A stretch of DNA of 64,000 nt from Lachnospiraceae bacterium (GTDB lineage: Bacteria > Bacillota > Clostridia > Lachnospirales > Lachnospiraceae). Shown here piece by piece: positions 17,646 through 27,028 of the stretch (its first letter is position 1; each line of letters opens with the position of its first letter). Where the stretch lies: contig DAMAMW010000009.1 in the NCBI GenBank assembly GCA_032073745.1, positions 17,533-81,532 on the forward strand, written 5' to 3'. The position numbers and the translations under genes were made by a program. The notes below the pieces were generated by a model. The model made no database searches. It was given only the letters and a program-made list of their open reading frames with translations, and was not told the DNA's origin.

Positions 17646-19165
17646 GCGCCTGCCTCCTTTTTTGTTTGTTTTCCACCGGTCATCAGAAGTCCCATCTCGA
17701 TTTCAGACAGTTCACCCGGTTTACTTTCCGAGACGATACGGCCTTCATACAGAACCAGAATCCGGTCACTTAGCGTCCGTACTTCATCCAGATCCGGCGA
17801 AATGAGTAGAATTGCCTTGCCGGTATCCCGCAGCCCCAGCATCTGGCCATGGATATATTCGATTGCGCCAATGTCTACTCCACGGGTTGGATTGGCAATA
17901 ATAAGTGCTTTCGGATCCCGGCTGAAGGCCCGGGCAATTACGATCTTCTGCTGGTTCCCGCCGGACAATGAACTGGCCGGAGTCGCAGTTGTCGGTGCCT
18001 TGATCAGAAAATTCTCTTTTAGTTTCAGTCCATACTCTTTGATCTGGTTCAGTTTCAGCAACCCTTTGTTACTGAATTCTGATTCGGTATGGTATCCCAG
18101 GATCAGGTTTTTCTCAATTGACATCGGGCCTACCAGTCCCTGTTTCAGACGGTCTTCCGGTACATGGGCAATCCGGTTCTTTAAAAAGGTCCGCGCATTT
18201 CCCTGAATCGGCTGCCCGTCCAGGCTCAGATTCATCTCATCCGGTTTCATGCAGCCGGTCAGTGCTTTGATCAGTTCCGACTGACCATTTCCTTCGATTC
18301 CGGCAATGCCCAGAATCTCACCTTTGTGAACCTTAAAACTGATGTTGTCCAGTTTCTTTTTGCCGCCGGCCGTGTAGGTCAGACCATCTACCGCCAGGCT
18401 GACTTCACCGATATTTTTAGCCGGATGCCGAACCCCCATATCAACCTTACGTCCAACCATCATTTCTGACAGAAACTCAATGGTAACCTCTGCCGGTCTC
18501 AGATCAGTTGCCGTGATCCGGCCATCTCTGAGAACTACGACGCGGCTTGCCAGAGCCATGGTCTCTTTCAGCTTATGAGTGATTATGATGATTGACTTTT
18601 TCTCAGCATTCAGCTGCCGCAGGATGTCAAACAGCTCCTCTACCTCCTTTGGGGTCAGAACTGCGGTCGGTTCATCGAGGATGATTACATCTGCTTTACG
18701 GTACAGTGCTTTCAATATTTCTACGCGCTGCTGCTCTCCCACAGACAGAGTCTCAACCAGTGCATCCGGATCGATGTTAAAGTGAAACTGGTCGATCAGG
18801 GCGGCCACTTCTTCGCGGGCTTTATTTTTATCAAAGACCACACCGTTGTGAGGTTCACTGCCGACAACAATGTTTTCAGCTACGGTAAATGCCGGAACCA
18901 GCATAAAATGCTGATGCACCATGCAGATGCCCATATCAATGGCATCTGCAGGATTTTTAATTTCTTTTACGCTTCCTTTATATTCAATTACACCTTTGTC
19001 CGGTTTGGTCATACCGTACAGTACCTTCATTAAAGTAGTCTTACCTGCACCATTTTCCCCCAGAAGAGAGATGATTTCTCCCTCTTCCAGCCAAAAATCC
19101 ACATCATCCAATGCAACAGTTCCGGGATAAATTTTGGTTATCCCTGTCATTTTCAGCAATTCCAT
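17642..19165 (-). CDS. ABC transporter ATP-binding protein with duplicated ATPase domains
   Basis: Walker A GENGAGKTT and a second P-loop GIEGNGQSE. Signatures LSVGEQQR and LSGGNQQK. Confidence 0.9.
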   Translation of the reverse strand: MELLKMTGITKIYPGTVALDDVDFWLEEGEIISLLGENGAGKTTLMKVLYGMTKPDKGVIEYKGSVKEIKNPADAIDMGICMVHQHFMLVPAFTVAENIVVGSEPHNGVVFDKNKAREEVAALIDQFHFNIDPDALVETLSVGEQQRVEILKALYRKADVIILDEPTAVLTPKEVEELFDILRQLNAEKKSIIIITHKLKETMALASRVVVLRDGRITATDLRPAEVTIEFLSEMMVGRKVDMGVRHPAKNIGEVSLAVDGLTYTAGGKKKLDNISFKVHKGEILGIAGIEGNGQSELIKALTGCMKPDEMNLSLDGQPIQGNARTFLKNRIAHVPEDRLKQGLVGPMSIEKNLILGYHTESEFSNKGLLKLNQIKEYGLKLKENFLIKAPTTATPASSLSGGNQQKIVIARAFSRDPKALIIANPTRGVDIGAIEYIHGQMLGLRDTGKAILLISPDLDEVRTLSDRILVLYEGRIVSESKPGELSEIEMGLLMTGGKQTKKEAGA

Positions 19166-19208
19166 GTTACAAGCTCCTTTTACTACTGGTTTCCAGCACT
19201 ATATGTAC

Positions 19209-20351
19209 TTAGCTCTGGTATTGGTTGGCGGCTGTCCAGGCATCGATTTCTTCGATGTCTTCCGGCAAGGTGAATTTTCCGTCGATAAACTGCTGTTTGA
19301 TTTCTTCTGCTTTTTCAATGATATCTTCCGGAATCTCCACACCGGTTCCTTCGATCAGATAACCACAGGCGCCGTCTTTGATACCCAGCTGGGTGCTTCC
19401 GGCCTGCCAGGTTCCATTCATGATTGAGTTCAGTTCATAATCCAGGAATGTTTCCATACGTTTCAGGGATACGGAAAGGGTGTATCCGGGAGTGATGGTC
19501 GCTACTGAACTGGCTACCACGTATCTGCCCGCTTCCTCACCTGCGGCAAATACGCCCATTCCGGAAGCACCGGCATTCTGGCACACGATATCAGCACCGC
19601 GTCCGTATGCAGTCATGGCAATCTCTTTGGCTTTGGCAGGATCTTTATAGGATCCGATGTAGTTGGTAATAAATTCAACTTCAGGGTTAACATAACGGGC
19701 TCCGGCCATAAATCCGGCTGCCTGGGCACGTGATACCGGTGAATCCATTGCAATTGCAAAACCGAGGACATTTTCCGGATTGGCCATCGGCATCCGGTCG
19801 TCCTGAGTTACCAGACCGGCAATGACACCTGACAGGAAGTGCTGCTCAGGATGGAAGGCGCTGAGTGAATGGATATTTTCAACATCGTCAACAACGGTAT
19901 CAAGAATTGCAAACTTCTGATCGGGATAATCCGGTGCTACCATCCGCATTGCATCTGCATGGGCATAAGCAACACCGACGATAACGGCATATTCTTCTGA
20001 ATCAGCATACATTCTGAACTGGGTTTCATAATCATTGATTGCTTTTGGCTCTACAAAGTCAAATCCGATTCCGTATTTTTCAGCCAGATCTACGCAGGCC
20101 TGATGTATTTCCATATTGTAACCATTGTCGCCGATTCCGCCGAGGTCGAACACGACAGCAAACTTCATATCACTGTCGGCCGGTGCTGCCGGTTCTGCCT
20201 GATCAGCACTCGCAGCCTGCCCTTCTGTAGTCTGGGCAGCCGGGGCCTGAGTCGTTGTCTCCGTTGAATTTACAGGTTTTCCGCATCCTCCTAACAGCAT
20301 AGAAAGAATCAAAGCGGCGGCAGTTACCATTGTTACTGTACTTTTTCTCAT
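19209..20351 (-). CDS. BMP-family (PnrA/Med-like) ABC substrate-binding lipoprotein
   Basis: Lipobox LLGGC after the signal peptide. The AAAGGAAG RBS favours ATG 20351 (MRKSTV...) over the ORF-track ATG 20369. Confidence 0.85.
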   Translation of the reverse strand: MRKSTVTMVTAAALILSMLLGGCGKPVNSTETTTQAPAAQTTEGQAASADQAEPAAPADSDMKFAVVFDLGGIGDNGYNMEIHQACVDLAEKYGIGFDFVEPKAINDYETQFRMYADSEEYAVIVGVAYAHADAMRMVAPDYPDQKFAILDTVVDDVENIHSLSAFHPEQHFLSGVIAGLVTQDDRMPMANPENVLGFAIAMDSPVSRAQAAGFMAGARYVNPEVEFITNYIGSYKDPAKAKEIAMTAYGRGADIVCQNAGASGMGVFAAGEEAGRYVVASSVATITPGYTLSVSLKRMETFLDYELNSIMNGTWQAGSTQLGIKDGACGYLIEGTGVEIPEDIIEKAEEIKQQFIDGKFTLPEDIEEIDAWTAANQYQS

Positions 20352-20386
20352 AATTTTTCTTCCTTTCATCCCTTATCAAAGTTAAT

Positions 20387-21100
20387 TTACACCATTTCGA
20401 GTGCGATTTTCATCATCTGGGTAAAGCTGCTCTGCCGGTCATCGGCGCTGGTCTTTTCTCCGGTCAGCACATGATCCGACATGGTCAGAAGGCCGACGGC
20501 CTGACGGCCTGCCCGGGCGGCCACGATATAGAGTGCGGCAATTTCCATTTCCACACACAGGATTCCGAGATCACGCCAGTTCTCCTGATAGGAGGCATGT
20601 TCCGGATAAAAAATATCCGAAGACAGGACATTGCCGACCCGGTATCTGGCTCCGGCGATCTCTGCCTGTTCTGTTGCTTTCTTTAACAACGGATATGAGG
20701 CAATCGCGGAAAACGTTCCCTGCAGCTGAAACTGATCTGCGTACGGAGTGTTGTAACAGGCACCCATTGCTATCACGATATCTTTAATATGTAAGTCTTC
20801 CTGCATGGAAGCAGCGGTTCCGACCCGGATAATATTCTCCACGTCATACAGGTTGTACAGCTCCCAGGCATGTACTCCGATCGACGGTGCGCCGATACCA
20901 TGAGCCATGACCGATACCGCTTTGCCCTGATAAGTTCCGGTATAGGCATACATACAGCGAATGGTATTTACTTCTTTGACATCTTCGAGAAAATTATCGG
21001 CAATGTATCTGGCACGGAGCGGATCTCCCGGCATAATAACCGTTTTAGCGATTTCCCCCTTTTGTGCCGCAATATGGTGTGTCGGTGCTTTCAAATTCAT
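20387..21100 (-). CDS. deoD: DeoD-type purine nucleoside phosphorylase
   Basis: VIMPGDPLRARYIADNFLEDVKEVN, GTYQGKAVSVMAHGIGAPS and CVEMEIAALY align by eye with E. coli DeoD. ATG 21100 is preferred; the ORF-track GTG 21133 lies next to the upstream gene's stop. Confidence 0.85.
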   Translation of the reverse strand: MNLKAPTHHIAAQKGEIAKTVIMPGDPLRARYIADNFLEDVKEVNTIRCMYAYTGTYQGKAVSVMAHGIGAPSIGVHAWELYNLYDVENIIRVGTAASMQEDLHIKDIVIAMGACYNTPYADQFQLQGTFSAIASYPLLKKATEQAEIAGARYRVGNVLSSDIFYPEHASYQENWRDLGILCVEMEIAALYIVAARAGRQAVGLLTMSDHVLTGEKTSADDRQSSFTQMMKIALEMV

Positions 21101-21136
21101 CAGATTAAGTACTCCTTTCCCTTCCTCCCCCACGTG

Positions 21137-22198
21137 TCAGGGTTTATTTAACATCTGCAGATTGGTGGTATACTCGGGTGTCACGACTCCTTTTTCAGTA
21201 ATAATACCACTGATTAAACGGTTTGGCGTCACGTCAAAGGACGGATACAATGCACGGGTTCCCTCCGGGGTAATTCGTTGACCGTTTAAGTGTGTCACTT
21301 CTTCTTCTTTTCTATATTCTACACCAATATCCAGTCCTTGTTTTAAAGAAAAATCAATCGTATGGCTGGATGTCGCCGTGTAAAACGGCACCTGGTTGTC
21401 TTTCGCCGCCAGTGCATGCATGTAAGTGCCGACTTTGTTGAGCAGATCGCCATTGGAAGCCACCCGGTCTGATCCGACAACGACTTTCTGAATCTTTCCC
21501 AGCTCCATCAGATAACCGGACATGCCATCGGTGATCAGGGTGTGGGGAATTCCAAACCGGCCCAGTTCATAGGCGGTGATTCTGGCCCCCTGCAGATATG
21601 GGCGGGTCTCACTGGTAAAGACATGGATCTTTTTTCCCTGCTCCCAGGCACTGCGAATGACAGATAAGGCACGACCGCCGTAACCGGAACCGGCCAGGGC
21701 ACCGGAGTGGCAATGGGTCAGTATGGTATCGCCATCAGCAATCATTTCGGCACCATATTTCCCCAGGGCCCGTTCAAACTCCAGCTGTGTCTCTAACACA
21801 CGGGCAACCTTTTCTTCCATTTGCGAAACAACTTCATCATCAGCCAGACCATTTACAAAATCGGTCAGTTCGTCGATTGTTTTCATCAGGTTTACGGCTG
21901 TGGGACGGGTATCTTTTAGTCTGCTGCCTGCAGCAACGATGGCTTTCTTATCACCGTCTGATATGTAGGTCTCCAGCAGCATGCCATAAGCTCCTGATAT
22001 TCCGATTGCCCCTGATCCCCGCAGGGTCATGGTACGGATGATATCAGCCAGCTGATCAACCGTCTTTACATCGATGATCTCCTCCTGCATCGGCAGTTTC
22101 AGCTGGTTGATTACTTTCAGATTCCGTCCTTCCATCCAGATCGGCAGTATCAGATTCTGTTCCCTCCAGCTATTTGTTAATTCATCCAATAATTCCAT
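21137..22198 (-). CDS. MtnA/DrdI-type sugar-1-phosphate isomerase (eIF-2B alpha/beta/delta-related family)
   Basis: LRGSGAIGISGAYG, THCHSGALA, ETRPYLQGARITAYEL and VGSDRVASNGD match the MTR-1-P isomerase family pattern. AAGGAG RBS. Confidence 0.8.
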   Translation of the reverse strand: MELLDELTNSWREQNLILPIWMEGRNLKVINQLKLPMQEEIIDVKTVDQLADIIRTMTLRGSGAIGISGAYGMLLETYISDGDKKAIVAAGSRLKDTRPTAVNLMKTIDELTDFVNGLADDEVVSQMEEKVARVLETQLEFERALGKYGAEMIADGDTILTHCHSGALAGSGYGGRALSVIRSAWEQGKKIHVFTSETRPYLQGARITAYELGRFGIPHTLITDGMSGYLMELGKIQKVVVGSDRVASNGDLLNKVGTYMHALAAKDNQVPFYTATSSHTIDFSLKQGLDIGVEYRKEEEVTHLNGQRITPEGTRALYPSFDVTPNRLISGIITEKGVVTPEYTTNLQMLNKP

Positions 22199-22221
22199 TT
22201 ATCTTCTCCTTGCTTTGCTTG

Positions 22222-22836
22222 TTATAACGAAAGCTGCTTGAAATATTCCACATTGCGGCTGACTTCCAGGCAAAGATAAGCCTGCTTTGCTGTTCCTTCG
22301 ATCAGGTCTGCCATATTGAATGCGTTAATCAGAGATGCTCCTACTGCACAGATTCCGTGCTGCTCCATCAGAATGCCTTTAATTCCCGGTTTATTGACAA
22401 AAGCTTCCACCACATATTCTCTCAGTTCCGTGGAACCGGCGGGTGCTGCTGCAATCCAGGGAATCTCGCCCAGGTTCTTTTTTGATGTTACGGTTGTGTG
22501 CGGAAGATTGATGCAGGCATCGGCAAATGCGATGGAATAACAAGGATGGCAGTGAACCACAGCATTCACATCGGGTCTTACTTTCATGATTCCGATATGG
22601 AAGTTCACCTCTTTGGATGGTATCCCTTCGCCGTCAATGACATTCGCATCCTCATCCACAATCAAAACATCCGCGGTTGTCATTTCCCCCATATTGATTG
22701 CTGTCTTTTTAATGGCATAATAGTCAGTGCCCGGTACCCGGCAGCTGATGTTGCCGCCTGATGCCTGGGTGTAGCCTTTCTGATAAGTCAATTTCGAAAT
22801 ATGCACCAGTTCCTCTTTCACTTTGGTATAGTCCAT
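22222..22836 (-). CDS. class II aldolase/adducin-domain protein (FucA/Ald2/MtnB-like)
   Basis: GAGAGGAG RBS before ATG 22836 (MDYTKVKEEL...). His-containing motifs VVHCHPCYS and MEQHGI. The ORF-track start at 22926 has no RBS. Confidence 0.8.
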   Translation of the reverse strand: MDYTKVKEELVHISKLTYQKGYTQASGGNISCRVPGTDYYAIKKTAINMGEMTTADVLIVDEDANVIDGEGIPSKEVNFHIGIMKVRPDVNAVVHCHPCYSIAFADACINLPHTTVTSKKNLGEIPWIAAAPAGSTELREYVVEAFVNKPGIKGILMEQHGICAVGASLINAFNMADLIEGTAKQAYLCLEVSRNVEYFKQLSL

Positions 22837-22885
22837 AACTTTTTCTCCTCTCAAGAATATGTTGGAACTCAGTCGTCCTACCTCT

Positions 22886-22914
22886 ACAATAACAACATTA
22901 AATACCATTGTCAA
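22886..22914 (-). promoter_or_regulatory. candidate sigma-A promoter of the nucleoside/aldolase operon
   Basis: On the minus strand: TTGACA (22914-22909), 17 nt, TATTGT (22891-22886). Confidence 0.5.
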
Positions 22915-23026
22915 CATATATTTCAATTTTCAATGGATGTTTTAATTATTTTTGTGCAATTTGTATATATTTGTGAATTTGTTTTATGAAAACAGACGGA
23001 CTAGTTGGTCGTCCAACAACTTACTC

Positions 23027-23055
23027 TTGCCTTTTTTTGCTAAAGTCTTTATAAT
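23027..23055 (+). promoter_or_regulatory. candidate promoter of the divergent GntR gene
   Basis: TTGCCT (23027-23032), 17 nt, TATAAT (23050-23055). Confidence 0.45.
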
Positions 23056-23089
23056 CAAGATATCGAAGTTATCAGAAAGGACGGCTCAT

Positions 23090-23815
23090 ATGAAGCTAAC
23101 AACACTTACCCTGTTCAGTCAGGCCAAAAGTGAAATCACCAAACTTATCAATGAGAACTATTCGTTCATGAGCCGGCTGCCATCAGAACAACAGCTGGCT
23201 GAGCAGATGGGTGTCAGCCGGAACACGGTCAGAGAGGCATTAAAAGCACTGGAGAATGAAGGCATTCTGATCTCCAGACATGGGGTCGGTACTTTTGTCA
23301 TCAGTACCCCGGGGCATATGAAACATAATATTGCTGTCTTAAACAGTACTACGGATATTATTGCCAACAACGGATATATTCCCGGCTCAAAGAGTATTTT
23401 ATTCGAACGGCGGACAGCCCCGGCCGAACTCAGCAAACACCTGAACCTGCCGGAGTCCCAGGAGTTTTTATACATTGAGCGGGTCCGTACAGCGGATAAT
23501 AAACCAATTGCCTATGTCGAAGATTACATTCCATATCAGGAAGGACTGCTGGAGCTGTTTGCCGCCAGTCCGGATGTGCCGCTGTTTCCTTTGCTGGATC
23601 AGAACGGACGAAAGGCTGCTTTTTCCAGCTGTACGCTTCATTCTGCACTTAGCAGCCCAAAACTTCAGGAGCATCTGGAACTTGCGGAAACGACTGCGTT
23701 GCTGCTGCTGAAGCAGAGCCATTATTCAAATAAGGGTGAACTTACGTTGTACTCAGACAGCTACTTCCTGACACAGGAACTGGAGTTCAGCCTGATCCGG
23801 CGCTCGCTGGATTAG
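23090..23815 (+). CDS. GntR family regulator, HutC subfamily (wHTH + UTRA)
   Basis: LPSEQQLAEQMGVSRNTVREALKALENEGILISRHGVGTFV followed by a UTRA-like C-terminal domain. ATG 23090 is preceded by GAAAGGA. Confidence 0.85.
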   Translation: MKLTTLTLFSQAKSEITKLINENYSFMSRLPSEQQLAEQMGVSRNTVREALKALENEGILISRHGVGTFVISTPGHMKHNIAVLNSTTDIIANNGYIPGSKSILFERRTAPAELSKHLNLPESQEFLYIERVRTADNKPIAYVEDYIPYQEGLLELFAASPDVPLFPLLDQNGRKAAFSSCTLHSALSSPKLQEHLELAETTALLLLKQSHYSNKGELTLYSDSYFLTQELEFSLIRRSLD

Positions 23816-23832
23816 CCAAAAATCCTGTTAGA

Positions 23833-24702
23833 TCAGGATCGGTAATCGAGATATTCCAGGAAACGTTTTACTGCAAGTGAGGCTTCTTTTTTATCTCTTA
23901 ATGCCAGTCCAATCTTACGATAAGCCGGTATTTCCAGTTCCATGGTTACAATACGATACGGATTGCGGCGCAGGATCAGGCTTGGCAGAATACTGATCCC
24001 CAGGCCGCTCTCAACCATAGACATAATCGCGTAGTCGTCCCAGGTAGTAAACTGGACAGCGGGCGAAATGCCGCATTGTTCGAATAACTCCGATACATCA
24101 GCCCGCGCCCCTTTCTGCAGCATCATAAACGGGTAGTCGCTAAAGGCCTGTATCGGAAAATGGGGGCGGTCTGCCAGCGGATGATCTTCTGGCAGCACTG
24201 CCATCAACGGGTCCTGTTCCAGGAAAATTGTTTTAAATTCTCCCGCTGTCGGTAGACGCAGGAAACCGCAGTCTACTCTCCCTTCTGTGATCCATTCTTC
24301 TATCTCAGTATAGTCCCCCATCAGAATTTCAAAATCAATCGCCGGATAATCTTTTTTGAATGCCTTAATCATGCCGGGCAGCCAGTGTGTCGCGACACTG
24401 GAAAAGGTCCCGATCCGGATGATGCCGGACTGCAGACCGTTGATCTCTTCTATCTGTCGCTGCAGGCGCTGATGCTCACGGCAGACATTTTTAGCATACG
24501 GAAGTAAACTTAATCCTTCTGAAGTTAATCTCACTCCCGAACGACTTCGTTCAAGCACGGCAATCCCCCATTCACGTTCCAGATCATGTATCATACGGCT
24601 GATCCCTGACTGGGAGTAATTTAATACTTCGGCTGCTTTTGTAAAACTACCGTGCTCAACCGTTGTTATAAAAGCCATATATTTTTGAAGATTTGTTTCC
24701 AT
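23833..24702 (-). CDS. LysR family transcriptional regulator
   Basis: HTH FTKAAEVLNYSQSGISRMIHDLE plus a LysR substrate-binding domain. GGAGG lies 9 nt before ATG 24702. Confidence 0.85.
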   Translation of the reverse strand: METNLQKYMAFITTVEHGSFTKAAEVLNYSQSGISRMIHDLEREWGIAVLERSRSGVRLTSEGLSLLPYAKNVCREHQRLQRQIEEINGLQSGIIRIGTFSSVATHWLPGMIKAFKKDYPAIDFEILMGDYTEIEEWITEGRVDCGFLRLPTAGEFKTIFLEQDPLMAVLPEDHPLADRPHFPIQAFSDYPFMMLQKGARADVSELFEQCGISPAVQFTTWDDYAIMSMVESGLGISILPSLILRRNPYRIVTMELEIPAYRKIGLALRDKKEASLAVKRFLEYLDYRS

Positions 24703-24742
24703 TCCATCCACCCTCCAGTCTCATACATCTGTTTTTGTCATC

Positions 24743-24756
24743 TTTATCATGATAAA
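24743..24756. promoter_or_regulatory. perfect 14-bp palindrome, candidate LysR box (T-N11-A type) between lysR and proB
   Basis: TTTATCATGATAAA is its own reverse complement. It is centred in the divergent intergenic region. Confidence 0.4.
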
Positions 24757-24822
24757 TATTCGTTTTTCACATACTTAAGAATATGATAAACTGAATGGAC
24801 CGGATTAGCAAGAGAAAGGGAA

Positions 24823-25626
24823 ATGAAAATGGGACTATATCAGAACAGAATTGTAGTAAAAGTGGGAACTTCAACATTAACAAACGATATCGGGCAAAAT
24901 AATCTGCGTTCTTTTGACCGCCTTGCCTGTGTGATATCCGATATTCAGAATCTGGGATATGAAGTTATCCTGGTTTCTTCAGGAGCAATCGCCGTCGGCG
25001 CCAATAAAATGAACTTAAAGACACGCCCCACTACGATGCGCCTGAAACAGGCGGCTGCGGCGGTCGGGCAATGCAGTATTATGTTTCTGTATGATAAATT
25101 TTTCAGTGATTATGATAAGACAATTGCTCAGATATTGCTGACTGCCGATGATATTGAAATTGAAGAAAAAAAGGAAAATCTCATCAATACCTTCGACAGT
25201 CTGCTTGAGATGGGTGTGATCCCGGTTGTGAATGAAAATGACTCCGTCAGTTATACCGAAATCGAATCGGTAGATAAATTATTCAGTGATAATGATATGC
25301 TTTCTGCTATCGTCGCCATTTTGTGCCGGGCACAGAAACTCGTTATCTTCTCCGATATTGACGGGTTCTATGACAGTGATCCCCGGCTTCATCCGGATGC
25401 GCGGCTGATTGAACGGATTACCAAAATCGATGAAAGTATCGAATGCCTGGCCGGCGGGGCCGGTTCCAGACGCGGTACCGGCGGCATGAAGACCAAGCTG
25501 CAGGCCGCCAGGCTCGCCGGGGCCCAGGGAATTGAGACGATTATAACCAATGGTAAAAACCCGGCCGGATTGTATGATATTGTTGAGGGCCGTCAGGTTG
25601 GTACACTCTTTACTGCCGGCAGATAA
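24823..25626 (+). CDS. proB: glutamate 5-kinase (short form without PUA domain)
   Basis: RIVVKVGTSTLT, VILVSSGAIAVG and NENDSV motifs of the amino-acid kinase fold. 267 aa. Confidence 0.88.
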   Translation: MKMGLYQNRIVVKVGTSTLTNDIGQNNLRSFDRLACVISDIQNLGYEVILVSSGAIAVGANKMNLKTRPTTMRLKQAAAAVGQCSIMFLYDKFFSDYDKTIAQILLTADDIEIEEKKENLINTFDSLLEMGVIPVVNENDSVSYTEIESVDKLFSDNDMLSAIVAILCRAQKLVIFSDIDGFYDSDPRLHPDARLIERITKIDESIECLAGGAGSRRGTGGMKTKLQAARLAGAQGIETIITNGKNPAGLYDIVEGRQVGTLFTAGR

Positions 25627-25640
25627 ACTGCCGGATATCA

Positions 25641-26504
25641 TTATTTTACATAGGCATTGCTGACCAGCGCCCCCTGGATTACCTCTGTCGGTATTACGAA
25701 CTCCAGGGCTCCCATAACTCCGGGGGCTATCGCATATTCATCAAAGGTTATCACCAGTTTGTGGTCATTATTGATATAGAACTGGTGATTTTTATCAATC
25801 TCCTTAAAGGCAAACTCATCGGTGAAAAATGATGCCCCCTGGTTGCGGTCCACTTCGGCCTGCATCTGCCGCTTGACTTCCTGACTGATCAGCTGTACAT
25901 AAGAATCATCCTTAAACAGACCCGGCAGGGTAATGTAGCATTCATTCTGTGAATCAATCGTATCGTAAGTATAGCTTTGCGCGCCGGATGCCTGGGCGGT
26001 GAAAAGGCTGTGTTCAATCGAAACCGTCACACCATTGTCGGCCTTTATGGAATACCCGGAGATCAGGGTAAAATTGCCTTCGCCATCATGAAGACGCTCT
26101 TTAAAGTCATCATACAGAATTTCGGCCTGACTGGCATATTTGGCATTCAGGTTGTTCTGCAGTTCCTGATTCTCCATGCCGCGAAGCTCGGCTCCATCAA
26201 TCTGCATTTCATGGTGTTCCGATTTATCCTCATACTGGCGGAATGTTATAAATTCAATTGCTGTACCGATAATCGGGACCGACTTTAATGATTCCGCAAA
26301 TGCGGGGCTGATATTTACACCTGCTGTCATCACCGCAATCAGACAGGCCGCGGCCAGGCCCGCTTTCTTTAGCCGGAAAATACCGGTCTTTTTATTTCCC
26401 CCCAAAATCTCCATTGCTTTTACATTCAGATCTTCCGGTGCTCTTACACTCTCATATTCCTCAGCCAGTTTATACAAATCTTTTTCTTTATACATATGGT
26501 TCAT
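25641..26504 (-). CDS. RsiV-like anti-sigma factor (N-terminal anti-sigma segment, TM helix, DUF4163/DUF3298-type ectodomain)
   Basis: Single TM helix (AGLAAACLIAVMTAGV). The C-terminal ...LVITFDEYAIAPGVMGALEFVIP is typical of DUF3298. The gene overlaps the sigma gene by 17 nt. Confidence 0.65.
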   Translation of the reverse strand: MNHMYKEKDLYKLAEEYESVRAPEDLNVKAMEILGGNKKTGIFRLKKAGLAAACLIAVMTAGVNISPAFAESLKSVPIIGTAIEFITFRQYEDKSEHHEMQIDGAELRGMENQELQNNLNAKYASQAEILYDDFKERLHDGEGNFTLISGYSIKADNGVTVSIEHSLFTAQASGAQSYTYDTIDSQNECYITLPGLFKDDSYVQLISQEVKRQMQAEVDRNQGASFFTDEFAFKEIDKNHQFYINNDHKLVITFDEYAIAPGVMGALEFVIPTEVIQGALVSNAYVK

Positions 26505-26967
26505 CCTCCTCCAGACGGACGCGCAGCTTCTTTAACGCTGAATAGATTCTTGTTTTAATTGTATTCTCATTTTCCTGTAAAATATCTGCAATCTCTGATA
26601 TTTTCATGCCTTCAAAATAACGCAGCGCAATAACCGTCTTATATGGCGGCGTCAAAGCATCAACGGCTGCCCGCAGGTCCAGGTCATTTTCTCTGTCTTC
26701 ATCAGGAATTGCTTCCCACTGCTGTTCATCGAGATATACCAGTTTCTTTTCTTTTTTGATAAAATCCAGGGATGTATTGACTACGATCCGGTAAAACCAG
26801 GTTCTGACGGCACCGGAATCTTTCAGTCCCTTACTGTTACGTAATGCTTTATACAGAGATTCCTGGACAATGTCACCGGCATCCTGTTTATTTTTTACAT
26901 AGCAGAAGGCCAGCCGGTAGTACCGGTCCAGGTCACCCAATATGATATCCTGCCATGATACTTTCAT
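26488..26967 (-). CDS. ECF-type RNA polymerase sigma factor (SigV-like)
   Basis: Region 2 (DAGDIVQESLYKALR, WFYRIVVNT) and region 4 HTH (MKISEIADILQENENTIKTRIYSALKKLR). Confidence 0.85.
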   Translation of the reverse strand: MKVSWQDIILGDLDRYYRLAFCYVKNKQDAGDIVQESLYKALRNSKGLKDSGAVRTWFYRIVVNTSLDFIKKEKKLVYLDEQQWEAIPDEDRENDLDLRAAVDALTPPYKTVIALRYFEGMKISEIADILQENENTIKTRIYSALKKLRVRLEEDEPYV

Positions 26968-27028
26968 ATGGTTATGCTCCTCTCAGGTTGATCTGTCTTA
27001 TTGTGAAAATATGTGTGCACATACTATA

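Noticed and set aside
22837-22926. N-terminal extension of the aldolase ORF (start at 22926)
   Set aside because: The extension is hydrophobic nonsense overlapping the promoter. A strong RBS precedes the internal ATG at 22836.
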